A stretch of DNA of 64,000 nucleotides from Macrostomum lignano. Lineage: Eukaryota. The translations under genes and the position numbers were made by a program. Every line of letters starts with the position of its first letter. The stretch's first letter is position 1. The notes below the pieces were generated by a model, which had not been told where the DNA came from, did no database searches, and saw only the letters and a list, made by a program, of their open reading frames with translations. Of this stretch, positions 11,709 through 24,667 are shown piece after piece. The DNA lies in the NCBI GenBank assembly GCA_002269645.1, contig NIVC01001567.1, positions 124,001 to 188,000 on the forward strand. Direction: 5' to 3'.

Positions 11709-14700
11709 GCTTTCTCCACCCTAACTAGAGGCCAATTCGAATATCAAGTAATGGCCCAAGGACTTTCCAATGCCCCCGGAACCTTCCAACGTCTAATGAA
11801 TTTAGTACTATTAGGAATCCAACACAAGTACGCCATGTCCTATATAGATGACATAATAACTTATTCGCAATCTTTTGCCGACCATCTAGAGCATCTAAGA
11901 GAAGTGTTCAAGCGACTAATTGCCGCAGGTCTAAAACTGAGACCCAAAAAGTGCAACCTTTTTACATCACGAGTTAAAGTATTTAGGACACGTGATTGGC
12001 TGACAAGGCATTCAAACAGACAAAACAAAGATTAAAGCTATCCAAACTTGGCCCCGTCCCAAGGACGTAAAATAACTACGCAGTTTTCTTGGCCTATGCA
12101 ATTATTATTGCCGATTTGTGAAGAATTATGCCGAAGTGGCTCACCCCCTATTTACACTAACCCGAAAAGGAGTTCAGAATTTTCAATCTAAGTGGAGCAA
12201 AGTGCATGATGAAGCCTTTGAAACTATAAAGCAGCGAATGATGTCCACTGAAGTATTAGCCTACCCCGAATATGTCGATGATGAGAATGTGAAGATGGTG
12301 CTCGACACAGATGCCGGTGATGACAGGATTGGCGCATGCCTTGGCCAAATCCAAAGTGATGGCATAGAGCGACCAATAGCCAATCGCTTTAGTAGAGCGA
12401 TGAAAGAATCTGAGAAGCGATACCCCATTACTCGGAAAGAATTATTTGCCCTTGTCGACGCTATGAGGCATTTCAGATTTTTACTGATCGGCAAGAAATT
12501 CTTAGCCCGAACTGACCACAAGGCAATTATTTGGCTCATGAGACAGACTGAAGCGACTGGAATCTTAGGTAGATGGATAGAGCGTCTAAATGAATTCAGG
12601 TTCGACATTGAACACAGAAGCAGCGCAAAGCATTCCAATGCCGACGGATTGTCGAGAAGACCAGCTGAGACAGCTGAAGCCCCTGAAGCCCCTGAAGTAT
12701 CTCCTGAAGCAGCCCCTGAACTTGCTAAAATAGTCTTTGAAGTCTCTGAAATCCCTGACGCAGCCCCTGAGCCTGCTGAAGCGATCCTTGAAGCCCCTGA
12801 AGCATTTGAAGTAATTTCTGAGAATCTTGAGCCAATCCGTGAGAAATTTGAGAAGTTGACCACTGTTCTCCTGAGAGATGAGAGCGCTCCCGCTGAAACT
12901 ATGGACAACTCCATGTCCCAGTCACCTGAAGCCCCGACAGAAAGCGAGACCCAGCCTGAATGTCCCGAATTAAGGACAAAGCTAAATGTCTCAGAAGTGG
13001 TAGAAGCAGAAGAAGAAGAGACAGGAAAGCGTTAAAAGTTGCTAACTGATTAGCTCCCCTGCCCTCTGAAGAAAGAACAGATTCAAGAAGCCCAAGCTGC
13101 TGATCCCATCATTAAAGTTCTATTAGAAGCTAAAGCCCAGAAACTGAGCCAATTTCATAAATCACCGGACGTGCCAGAGAAAATCGGTAAATATTTTGAA
13201 CTGATAAGAATCGATAATGGATTATTGACAATTGCAGAAGACGGGAAAACCAAAGTAGTTTTGCTCCATCCCTAGACAAAACAGTCTTTACTGACTTACA
13301 CTGCAGCCCCCTTGCAGGACATCTAGGAAGAGATAAGACGCTCCAGAGAATAAGAGAAAGATTTTGGCGACCCGGACTGAGCACCTCAGTTGAGCAGTTG
13401 ATTGCTGAGTGCATCCCCTGTCTCGAGAGTAAGAAAGGCCACTTTGTGCCCCTATCCAATCGTTCCCCATTGGCGAAGCTTTCAGCCCCCTGCACATAGA
13501 CATTATCGGCCCAATTTCTAAAGAAAGCAAGCGAGGTCACAAATATGTTCTAACAGTTGTGGATAGCACCACTCGATACCCCTTCGCCTTCCCCATTAGA
13601 AACCAAAAATCAGACAGTCATTAAAATACTACTTGAACGAATAGTAGCAGAGTACGGACAGCAAGCGTGGATTCACACAGAAAATGGAAAAACTTTTGCT
13701 AGCAGACAGTTTAAGGCATTCTGTGAATTATATAATATTCACCACACTTTCACTACCCCCTATCATGCCTAATCTAACGGACTAGTAGAGCGATTTAACA
13801 AACAAGTGAAATCACTCATCACCTGCCTGATCATAAAGGATCATGGTGATGGGGATTTACTAATACCCGCAGCCTTAGTAGCAGTTCGCACTAGCCCCAA
13901 TGCGACAACAGGTTTTTCCCCACATTTCCTATTATTTGGTAGAGAAGCCACCTTACCCCTAGACACCCAGATCAGAAGTGCAGCAGAACACGCTGATTAC
14001 TCCGCCTACATCTCCAAGCATGCCGAAAGCTTAGAAGAAGCCCATAAAAGTAAAGAAGAAATTAGAAAAGGTAGTTGAGAAGAGACAAGTCTCGGCTGAA
14101 ACTAACAAACTACCCCCTAGAATCCCCATAGGCTGCCTTGCACTGATTAATAACCCTCAGTTAGATAGCGAAGAACCCCACAAGTTCCATCGAAAGAAGA
14201 GATCCGCCTTTAGAGTGTTAGCTCAACTATCAGAGGTAGTCTTCAAAGTTCAGAAAGAAGGAGAATTAGTAGGAAAAGAAATGCTTGTGCACCGAGATAA
14301 TCTAACTCCAGTCCCAAATTCAAAAATTCAACTGCAGAACAAATCATTAAGGAAGGCCAGCGAGATGCCCATATTTAAGCCCCCGCTCCTAATTCCGCTC
14401 CCGTTCCAATTCCCACTCCCGCTCCAATTCCCGCCTCTACTAAACCTAAGAGACAACCTGCAATTAAGGAAGGCCACCCCCGCCGGAAATCCCCAAAATT
14501 AAACTCGGTTGAATCTGAAGAATCACCCGATGAAGAAGGACCTAATTGGAGATGCCAACTTAGAGAAGCAGAGAACGAAGAGTTAGGAGAAGAAGACAAT
14601 GAAGCCCAGCCAGAAGAACGGAATGAAGCCCAGACAGAGGAAGCGAATGAAACAACCGATGAGTCAGAGAGTGAGGCCCCGAAGGAAGAAATCCCTGAGC

Positions 14701-14810
14701 CCCAACCCCCCTCTCCTGCCCCGCGAGATACCGAACCCCCGCGCCGTCACCCCTACAATTTAAGGCCCCCACCCCAAAATAAACAGCGTTGCAACCGCCA
14801 TCTAGACAGC
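11709..14810 (+). mobile_element. Ty3/Gypsy pol (RT C-half, RNase H, integrase), degenerate
   Basis: AFST..GQFEY..GLSNAPGTFQRLMN..SYIDDII; RNase H LDTDAGDD..ELFALVDAMRHF..TDHKAI..HSNADGLSR; integrase LHIDIIGP, TENGKTF, TPYHA*SNGLVERFN, TTGFSPHFLLFG; terminal PYNLRP. Multiple stops and frameshifts. Confidence 0.95.
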
Positions 14811-15849
14811 CTACTATTAGCACTAAACCTCTTGCGCAACTTCGAGTTTTAGCCCGTCTACACCTTTCTACCCTTCCCTCGCCGTCCCCAGTCGCCCATC
14901 AGACCCCAAATTTTAGACAAAGAATGCTCTTGACTAGACCTTTGTTAATGTACAAAAGGATTTTCAATTTATCGATCGAGAAGGAAACTAGAGCCCAAAG
15001 AACGTAGAAAATGAGGTGGGCTACGAAAATTAGAGGATCCCCACTGTTAGTAATGGGAAGTCCGTAAATATAAGCATTTTCGAGCCGTTGCACAATCAGA
15101 TTTGCAAAAGCTAGAAGACCACTAAAGCTCTCTTTTGAGGTATAGCAAGTGATCCTAGCTCAAAAATTAACCTAGCTATTTAAATTTCTAAAAATACACT
15201 ATTTAGATTAGGAAAAATTAAATTTAATTTTTCTAAGACTCAAACTTAATCCAAAATTTTTTTACTAATTTTCATTAGCTGCAGCTACTTTAAATCTCTC
15301 TTTTGAGACCTCTCTTTAGTTTTACAATCTTTTGATATTTTAAAATCCGCGCCAGATAAAAATAGCGACAAGTTACTGCCAATTTTTATAATTATACATA
15401 GCCACGCCAGTTACATTTGCACCCAGTGTGCTCTTTGTGTCTGAGTTTATTTTTGTATTCGTGACTAACTTCTTTTTTCTACACAAAGCTACTTTGGTAT
15501 ACAGGGAGAGAGTATTTTTTTACTATAAGCACCATTTCCAACTTAGTAAAAGACAATCAATCACTCTCATAGGAAAGGTGGGTACAGCTGTCGGTTCCGT
15601 TGCTTCAGCCGTTAAGGTTGGCATAGACGCAGCTAAGTCTGCAGATTACTTAAATTTATCGGTTTTAGAGCCGGAATTGTGAAAACGGCACTTTTTCACA
15701 AAATTATAAAATCACAAAATTCGCCCGTTCAGACCATTTTTACATATTTTTAGTCATTTTTTCACCGACGTTTAGTGATTTTCCAAATAAGTGGGGGCAT
15801 GAGGGCGAGGGCATCCCCCTTTTAAAAGTACAAAAGTTTCTTTAAAAAA

Positions 15850-16722
15850 CCAGTGTATATGTAATATACAGGGGCCGTATCCTCAAAGTTCTCTCTGGAT
15901 TCTATCAAGAAGGCCATCCAGAGCTTCTTTGACGGCGTCCGAAAGCGCAAGAGGTCCGGACCAACAGTCGTGGAGAGTGCCAGTGTGGGGAAGCGACCAC
16001 GACAACGGAATAGCCGAGGTGGCGCCTCTGCCGCCTCCTTTGATGTATCCTCCGATGACTCCGGGTGATATGTGTAGTAATCGATTATGCAGCCGGTTGG
16101 CTCACCGCAAAAATCTAGCTCGTAGCTAGCTACGAGCGTAGCTTTTGCATTCGTATTCTGTATCGCATCGTATTTCGTATTGCCTTTATATTTGTTCTGT
16201 ACACACTGTATGTTCTGCATAAATTACATTGCAAATCAATAATTATAATTACATAATCAACCTTGCATTGATTAAATTAAGTAGCCAAAAATCACTGTGC
16301 TGCAGGCAGAAAAATGTTTAATAACATTATTTTTCTACTTTGATACCGATTTGATTTCCTAATTTCCATTTTATATGCTTCAGACGTGATGCGGCCTATA
16401 CCAAAATACATGTGCACGTTTTTCATTTTTATTTAGTTTTGCAGTTTTGATTTTGAACTACTCAAGCCGATAAAGTCCGTTTTATTGAGAACTTGCATTA
16501 AATTTGTAACGGTTTTACGAGCTAGATGGATGAAGATTCCAAAAAGGGTTATGATTATGGAAAAAATTCTGAAAAATACAACAATCGTATTTTAGTCGGA
16601 TTTTAGCGTCACTTTCCGATCGGAAAACTCCGACCAGAAAACGATCGGATTGCACGAGCCACTTTGCTGACAAATTCCAACCGGACATTCCGATCGGATT
16701 CCGACTACCCTTTTTTACTGGG
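15850..16722 (+). mobile_element. Probable right end of a CCCAG-terminated DNA transposon with the tail of its accessory ORF
   Basis: Ends ...TTTTTTACTGGG (16722), resembling the termini at 45084/50081. Repeated subterminal TCCGATCGGA-type motifs at 16590-16705. ORF tail DSIKKAIQSFFDGVRKRKR. Left end not found. Confidence 0.4.
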
Positions 16723-16925
16723 ATGATTTCACCCTTGCCTAATCATACACCATCTTTAAACCATGAAACTGTACGAACATTTCAATCCATTATTTTTTTC
16801 TTAGAAGCCATGAACTATATGTATTTTCTTTTCACCATTACAATTCAATATTTCTTTTTTCTTACGCCAACTGATTACGAACCCATATAAGTACATCCAT
16901 ATTTAGCTAATTTATAGGACAATTA

Positions 16926-18271
16926 CGAGGGTCATCCCAAAAGTTCTCTGTATTGGGCTGTAAATTCTGTTTGGGGTAAAAGCTGGCCCTGAAAATGCAG
17001 GCATTCAGAATTGTATAAGAGCTGAGCAAAGTCCAAAATTTTTGACAGAAAATTCTGCACTGTTTGATTTCAGCAGCCAAATTAAATCAGCACTTATGGA
17101 TCAAATGGCCATGCAAGAAAGTTTTTCGAAAACGGATGTTCGCCAACTGATAAAATTTCACCTGCTGCTGGGAAAATCGGTCACCGAAACGCACTCAAGC
17201 CTGCAAGATGGACTGGGACCCTGCTGTCCATCATACGAGACAGTCAGAAAGTGGCACTAGCAGTTCAAGACCGGCTCAGCCGAAGTCCAAGATGCTGCAC
17301 GAACAGGACGTCCGAGTACTGCTCGTGACGACGAGCACGTGGCTCTTGTCAGCGCATGGCTTGAGCAGGACAGCCGGTTGACCTGTGAGGAACTCGCTGA
17401 ACTGTCTGACATCAGCGCTTCTACTGTGCACAGAACTCTGACAGAGCAGCTTCACAAGCGCAAAGTGGCTGCAAAATGGATCCCGCATGTGCTGACAGCT
17501 GAGCAGCTCGGCAACCGAATGCGGATTTCTGCAATGCATCTCCGTCGATTTCGTCGCCAGAGCAACAAGTTCTTGCATCGCATTGTTGCTGGCGATGAAA
17601 CATGGGCCAGGGATTTTGAGCCTGAGCTGAAGCGTCAGTCAGCAGAGTGGATTGGTGAGGGCGAACAGCGGCCAGCGAAGGCAATCAGAAGTCAGACGCC
17701 GATCAAGTCGATGCACATTGTTTTCTTCGATGCGCAGGGGCTCCTGGTTGAACACGCTGTGCCACGTGGCACTACAGTCAATGGAGAGTACTACACACCC
17801 TTCATTCGCAATCATCTGAGGCCTGCCATTCGCAAGAAGCGCCCTAATTTGCTAGGAAAAGGCCCAATTCTTCTGCATGACAACGCGGCTCCGCACACTT
17901 GTCGAGCAGTCGTGCAGCTTCTCACGGAGGAGTACGACTGGGAAATTCTCGAACACCCTGCGTACTCACCGGACTTATCGCCATGCGACTTTTACTTCTT
18001 TTCGCAGGTCAAGAACGAGCTTCGGGGCCATCGGTTTTCTTCTGTGGAGGAGCTCGATGGCGCTTTTCATCAGCAGTGCATCAGCTTGGCCAAGCGCGGT
18101 TTGAGTGCCGGCATTGACGGCTTGGTGACACGCTGGACGAAGTGCGTTGAGCTTGACGGTCAATACACTGAGTGACTGGATGTTTAACTATCAGCTGAAC
18201 TTGTTTTTTAAGCAATATCGTATTTTGTTTTAGTCTTTTACACAAATAGAGAACTTTTGGGATGACCCTCG
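16926..18271 (+). mobile_element. Full-length mariner element (1346 bp) with 24-bp perfect TIRs and TA TSD
   Basis: TA|CGAGGGTCATCCCAAAAGTTCTCT ... AGAGAACTTTTGGGATGACCCTCG|TA. Confidence 0.97.
17096..18175 (+). pseudogene. Mariner transposase with a single premature TAG (17258-17260); DD35D spacing
   Basis: HTH region, WIPHVL, IVAGDETW, HDNAAPH and YSPDLSPCDF motifs. Track ORFs 17042..17260 and 17339..18175 are in the same frame. Confidence 0.95.
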
Positions 18272-20312
18272 TATTCAGCACACCACAGCTTTGTCGCGAA
18301 TTACTGGGGGGGGGGGGGGGTAGCCTCGGTCCTAGCACCGTCCCTGATTCCACTTTTTGGGCTGGCGGTGTCTTGTACCACAGGCTTGGGCTAGTAGCTC
18401 CAAAATTCCCCCTGGCCTGACGCCAAGGCCCAAACAGGAGGGTATCTCGGTGTAGAGAACAGTAAGTTATAACAAAACGCACTACTTAAAGTAATATTTT
18501 AACTAAATCAATTTAAACTCGCAATCTATTTTTAGAATGAGTCATGATGAGTCATATCTATTTTTAGAACGAGTCACATGCAAACAGAAGTGACTCAGAG
18601 CCCTACGTAGGACCGACGTTTATTTGATCAAAAAACCGGTTCTCGTGAGTTTTATTTGCTTAATTCCATATATGGTAATGCTCAAACATGCATGACCGCT
18701 TAATCAAACATTTTTGACCTAAGTAAATACCCAATCCCAAACCGGTCTTTCTCCAAAATTTTGCTATAAATATAAGTGAAAATTCAAGTCAAAAATTCAG
18801 ACTCGGAGCGGTCTCTAAGAAGACACTGAAGAAATAAGAAGACCAATCTCTGAGGGACCATACCTGTCTAATTGGTAAGCGTTAACCCGATTTAGTTAAT
18901 TGTTAATAGCGCTAATAAAGTGATTAATTGAGTTTACGAGAGCCACTTATCGTCGACACATTTGAGAAAGGCCTCCTTGTTTCCTAGGATACATTCCTAG
19001 AGGATTTATTGAATTGAATTGAGTTATCCGTTACGTTTCGGACGTAACGAAGAAGACGCCCTTCAGGAGGACCTATCACAGAAAATTAGAGAATTTAATT
19101 GTTCATTAGGGCGCACGTTCTACTGTTAATTCCGAGCTCGAGGACTGTCAAGAAATTCCGATTCGCTCTCGTTTTTGGTCGACCCACAGATAAAAGTCAA
19201 GGACTACCGGAGGTACTGAGTCACCTAAGCCAAACCAAGAAGCCTACAAGCCACTAAAGGATCCGCTGCAGTAAGTTATTTGAACTGGTAAATACCTAGG
19301 CACTTGTTCCCCAGTGTCTAGAAGTGGGAGTTTCTGAGTGACTGATCACCACTCTTAAACTCTTCATCGGGCTTAGGCCCCTGGAAGTGCCCCTCAGCGG
19401 CAGAGCCCCCCAGGGCTGATCCGCGGGAAGCAAGTTCTTTCCACCCCCGTTTAACAACAAAGACTTAAGACTAAAGCTCTTTGCCGAAAAGACGGTCTCT
19501 TTCAATTATTTTTTCTGCTTTTTTGGCCATGGCCTTCTTTTAGGAGCTTTAGGATCTAATCCATTAGATTTCGCGTATTTGATTTAGCCGGCTTAAGGTT
19601 TCCAGGAATCACTTAAGCCGTTTTAGGTCGTTATGTGGCAGTTGGGGGCTGCCACTGACTATTTAAATTAACGCTTAATATTTTAGTTGAAATTTTAATT
19701 TTTTATCTATTAGACCACCCCATGACCCTTCTCCGCTGTCCCCAGTTTTGGCCTATTGTGTCCACCCTGTGCCCCCAGATGTTGGGATATTTCATCTTTT
19801 TCTCCTGTTCCTGCGCTGGTCACCTCGCCCCTTTTTCTGGCCTTGCGCGTCCCTTGTTTGGTATTTTGTTTGTGTCCATGTATTTCCGTGATGATTTCTT
19901 CCGTTTAATGCTTGGTCACCGCGACCACCTTTTGCCTCCAGCGTTTGACCACATTCGTCCATTTGCTGCGACTTTATTTTCTATTTAATGGTGCCCCCTG
20001 GAGTTGCCTAACTTTCGTGCTGCTTCGGCTTCGTCTTCTTTTTCTCCTTCTCCTTCCTTCTTTTCCCCCGGCTCCGGCCCCCTCCCTTACCTGAACCTTA
20101 CCTTCCTTCCCTTAATTCCCTCAAAAGCCATTCAATTTATCTACTAATATTTAAATCCGCCCGACTCACTTTGCGACAAGTGTTTAAGTCGATTGTTTAT
20201 TAGTTGGTTATTAGTGCACCGCGGCACCGCCCGAATCATCCGCCGGATTAGGCTCGAGTATTCCCATTACTCCGTCACTTGGACATCTCTAGCGTCTTTT
20301 ATTAATTTTGAT

Positions 20313-20322
20313 ACGGTCGCCA
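20313..20322 (-). other. PBS-like motif TGGCGACCGT (complementary to the tRNA-Arg 3' end) on the minus strand
   Basis: 10-nt match to the common Gypsy PBS TGGCGACCGTGACAGG. It suggests 19.3-20.3 kb is the 5' internal region of an oppositely oriented LTR element whose LTR is missing. Confidence 0.4.
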
Positions 20323-20344
20323 GTTTAATTTAGTCGCCTGCGGT

Positions 20345-22127
20345 ATGTCCACACCAGACGGACAAACTTATGTCTTCACCAGAGCCCCAATGGGTCTACA
20401 GACCTCACTAGCAGCCCTCTCTAGAGCAGCTAGCCTAATCCTTCAAGGGATTAACAGAGTTTCAACATACGTAGATGACCTACTTGTCTTCAATGAAACA
20501 TTTGAAGACCATCTCGAGACATTGAAAGGTACCATAGAAGCTCTAGGAAAGTACGGCATGAAGTTGAAATTACAGAAGTGCAAATTCGCGAAGCCCACCA
20601 TCACCTTTCTAGGACACAAGATAGACAAAGATGGAATACAGATTGATAGAGCTCTAGTTGACAAAGTGCAGAAGGTACCAAAGCCACAAAATGTCACACA
20701 GCTTAGATGTTTCCTAGGACTCTGCAATTTTTTCGCAAACACGTACCTAACTACGCCAAGAAAGTCAAGCCACTCACAGACCTGCTTAAGGGCACACCGA
20801 ACACTAAGGCTCAAGCATCCAAAACCCCACTAAAGTGGACAGAAAAAGCGACCCAGACCTTTGAAGACATAAAAAAATGGATAGCAGAAGATCTCAGGCT
20901 CACTCACCCTGACTTTAATAAACAGTTCATTGTCTCCAGCGACGCTTCTACAAAAGGCATAGGTGCAATGCTCTCACAGAAAAATGAGACAGGAAAGGAA
21001 AAACCAATAGCGTTCACGAGTCGACAACTGAGAGAGGAAGAGACGAGATATGCTGTCACCCATCTAGAACTCTTAGCCGTCTTTTACGCATTCAATACAT
21101 TCGAACAATTTCTCTACGCAGCACAAATACCCACATTGCTAAGAATAGATCATGCACCACTCAGAGATCTACTCACAGGGAAAACCCTGCGGAACAATCA
21201 GGTACTCAGATGGCTTCTATATTTACAACAGTTTCAAATGCAAATTGAGTACGTCCCAGGCGCATCCACCAAACACGCAGTCCCAGATGCACTTTCAAGA
21301 CTATACGAGGACCAAGAGGCACCTATCAACTTTGTCACGATCAAGAACCCGATACCACACCTGCAAGCTTTAAAAGAGGCTCAAGCGGAAGACCCATTCT
21401 GTCAAGGCATACGAGCGCTATGGAAACAAAAGCCCATGGATGACAGCTTAGCTATGAGATACAAAAGACACATCCAGCGACATCTATCGGACTATGCGGA
21501 CATTCACGGAATCATTCACAGGACAGCAGATCACGCCCAAAAGTGCTCCCATTCAAGTACCGGGAAACAATCTGCCACTCGTTACACGCACTACCACTAG
21601 CAGCGCACTTAGGCTTTGAAAAAACCCTAGAAAGAATTAGGCGACACTATTTTTGGATCTCAATGGTTTCTGATATTCGAACCTTCTGTCAAGACTGCAT
21701 GGATTGCGCTAAGAACAAATCCGGCCAACTTCATAAGGGACTCGTCCAAATGCCTGAAATTCCGATGAAACCAATGGACAAGCTATCAGTAGACCTAGTA
21801 GGACCCATGGTCCCCACGAAAATCCGGAACGAGCCCGTCACCCACATCCTGACTATCCTGTGTTGTTTTTCAAAATTCGCCTTTGCATTCCCGATTCCAG
21901 ATTTATCAGCAGAAACCACAGCCGAAACTTTGTTCCAAGTCTTCTGTATGTTTGGAATCCCCGAACATTGGCAACGCCAACACAGGCAACTGTTCAGCAA
22001 GGAAGTGGGCGTACAAGCTGATGACGAGACGCTCGCGGACACAGTTAGAAAGAAGTACAATCTGAGGAGCAAACCCATACTCCGACAAATGATGTCAGGA
22101 GATGGGGGGAGAGTACAGAGACTATAA
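20345..22127 (+). mobile_element. Second Ty3/Gypsy pol (RT C-half, RNase H, integrase HHCC with the catalytic core deleted)
   Basis: STPDGQTYVFTRAPMGL..TYVDDLL; SSDASTKGIGAMLSQ..YAVTHLELLAV..IDHAPL..PDALSR; H..HLGFEKT..C..C; VDLVGP; the sequence jumps from FGIPE directly to the KYNLRS terminus. Confidence 0.95.
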
Positions 22128-22393
22128 AGACTATTTGATTTACGTATTCATTCGTTGGCGTGCTGTGCACACTAGATATAGATATCCACACTAACTATTT
22201 ACTCAAATATTAATACTTAATTTTACCCTTCTAAAATTACTCATTATCCCAGATTCATGACCGACAGCTCGATACGCTAGATGACTGTACCCTGGGAGAC
22301 GAAGATACCCAGACACCGTGTCCTATAGTTCGACCTCTCTTCAAGCCAACATCTCACACCGAAACTGATGACCCTAAGTGGCCCGAGCAAGAT

Positions 22394-23270
22394 ATGTCAA
22401 CATGGACAGAACAACAGCTGGACAAGCTACGACAGGAATGGCAACGACGCCGACCTACGCTTCCACGACAAGCAAGCACTGCAACATCGGCGAGCAACGA
22501 TTTCCACCTGGCTAAAACACTCGCAGAGCGATTCCAAACAGTTCTGGCGGCACAGACGGTAGTTCAAAGCAAGCCGGCGCGGTATGATGAAATGAAACTG
22601 TTTGACATTCACCAGCAGATGCTTGACATGCCACTAATACCCGCTAACATCGTCACACACCTCACTACGCGACGCATCCTGTCAGATCCTAAAGACCCAC
22701 GCTGGTTACTCTCTGACTATTCTATCTTGAACTTCAACACCACGCTCTTTTTCCTCTACGACGACACAGCTGCGTTCTCTTGTCTCCGTATCATAGTATG
22801 GAATAGCAGGGTGACGACAATTCTAATCCATCCTCGTGGACCGACCAGCACACTATCACTCTAAGCCTACATGTTTATCACTTATCTACTCAACACCTTA
22901 AATTATCACGGCATCGAAATCAAACCCAAGGAACGGCAATCGATAGCCACGATTGCGTATTCACCGGCCAACCTACAATGGCACCACCTTTTCACAGCGT
23001 TGAAAGCAGCAGAAGGCCCCAACCTGGACCCTTGAGGTGCTAGGAAGGCCCGGTTGCAAGAGAACAAAAGTGATAATACAAGGGATGAAATCCTGCCCTA
23101 GGGTTGTAGCGAATTGGTGGGATACCAATCCGCCTCATCCCTGAGGCACCTTCACCCACAGGTACGCTCCTTTGTTCAATGCAGCCTCACAGCAGGGCGG
23201 TCTACTCTTGGGATAAGACTAGACCAAACGAAAGTGAATTTTTTTGAAGCGAGCTACAACGCTATATAAT
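22394..23270 (+). pseudogene. Extra ORF of unknown function downstream of pol (frameshifted)
   Basis: 156-aa ATG ORF 22394..22864 with protein-like composition, plus a further protein-like stretch in another frame (LLNTLNYHGIEIKPKERQSIATIAY...). Confidence 0.35.
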
Positions 23271-23516
23271 CTAACACTAACCACATTAACCTTGAAACAA
23301 ATTGTATCCACAAATATTGCTCATCCTGATAATTTTTGCACCCGAATTGTATCTCTCGATATATTCTCTATGTTACTCTTTATTCTCAACGTCGTGATAT
23401 TCAACGCCCACTGACACTTATACACCCGATTGATAACCATGTTTATGACATACAAAATAGGCTTCCCGAATTTATATTGTTATTAAATAATCTAATCAAT
23501 GCAATCATTTTGCTCA

Positions 23517-23804
23517 CTAGGCAGGTAGGGCCTGGTAACGACGCCGGTAGAGGCAGCAGAATAATAGCACTAGGAGTAGACACAAGAGGAGGCCGCCGCC
23601 CCCCACTCCGCCCAGCCAACCTTGTAGCGTACGTAGCCCATAATCTTGCGAAACCGATCGTGATTCCAAGTAAAGCAGTCGCCGCTCGAGACCGACAGAC
23701 CGGTCTTCCACGGCGTGTAGACGCTCCTTCAACTCGCCAATAATACGAATCAGACGTTGCATAGCAAACTCAGACATAATGAGATCAGTTAGCGTTAAGG
23801 GCAA
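23517..23804 (-). CDS. Small coiled-coil + C-terminal transmembrane protein, antisense to pol
   Basis: LIRIIGELKERLHAVEDRSVGLERRLLYLE (heptads), GLLLCLLLVLLFCCLY (TM), RRRYQ (positive-inside tail). No internal stops. Confidence 0.45.
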   Translation of the reverse strand: MPLTLTDLIMSEFAMQRLIRIIGELKERLHAVEDRSVGLERRLLYLESRSVSQDYGLRTLQGWLGGVGGGGLLLCLLLVLLFCCLYRRRYQALPA

Positions 23805-24667
23805 TCGGAAAACAAGCTGAATAGCTAACTTTAGGGGCTACTCTCACATGCGCCGCGTTTAAAAACGGAAGGAGCCGACGATTAGAAAAGAAAGGACCCC
23901 CCTGCGGCTCCAAGTCCAGATTCAAAACCCCTCCCCATGCGTCCCGCCACACCCACCACCCCATGTACGCAGGGGATAGATCTAATGTACAGCAGATCGC
24001 TAAGAGAAGCTATGGGCCGAGAAAGATACACGCTAAACCACCACACGCAAGAATCAATAAAATACTCTCGTTTACTTTCAGCGCTTAAATCATGGCAGCA
24101 TACACCATCGATAAAGCTTACGCCCGGCGACTGGGCCAGGCCTTTGTGGACGTGAATATCCATGTCCACAAGTGCGTTAAAAAGGACGCACAAACACAGG
24201 TCGCCGAGTACGACATCGACAGTGGCCACTCGGTGGCCACGCAAACCGCCGAACAAGACAAGGAATGGGGACGCGTGTTAACCCCCAAAAAGACTCCATG
24301 AGACGGAGGCCCCTACAAGGCCTCCGCGACCAGCCGGCCGTGGCCCACGTCACAGGGCTACCGCCAATATCTATGGTCCAAAGGCACCCGCCCAGAGGAC
24401 GAGGAAGGCTACAATAATTGAAGCTGCCTCTCTATAACACTGAAAAACTTTGACATAACTATTTATAGATCTCCGCTAGCACATCCTTCTCTACCTCAAA
24501 TTTTACCTCCAATTTACCTCTACCTCTAATTTTACCCCTACTTCTAATACAAAGTTTTACTGCCTTCTGCAGATTTCTAACATCTTATATCTTACTATAA
24601 CAGATAACACACCGATAATACATGAATCAAATCCTTGTTAGCAAAAGGATTTCGAAAAAAAATGGGA

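Noticed and set aside
5766-18175. Possibility that TAA/TAG encode Gln, since several element stops fall at Gln-like positions
   Set aside because: Paralog C ends with TAG where its siblings use TGA, and other internal stops replace Tyr. C-to-T decay explains the pattern.
18306-18320. Poly-G run (and GGGGGGAGAG at about 22104-22113) as a polypurine tract before a 3' LTR
   Set aside because: Not followed by TG, and no matching LTR pair could be identified in the window.
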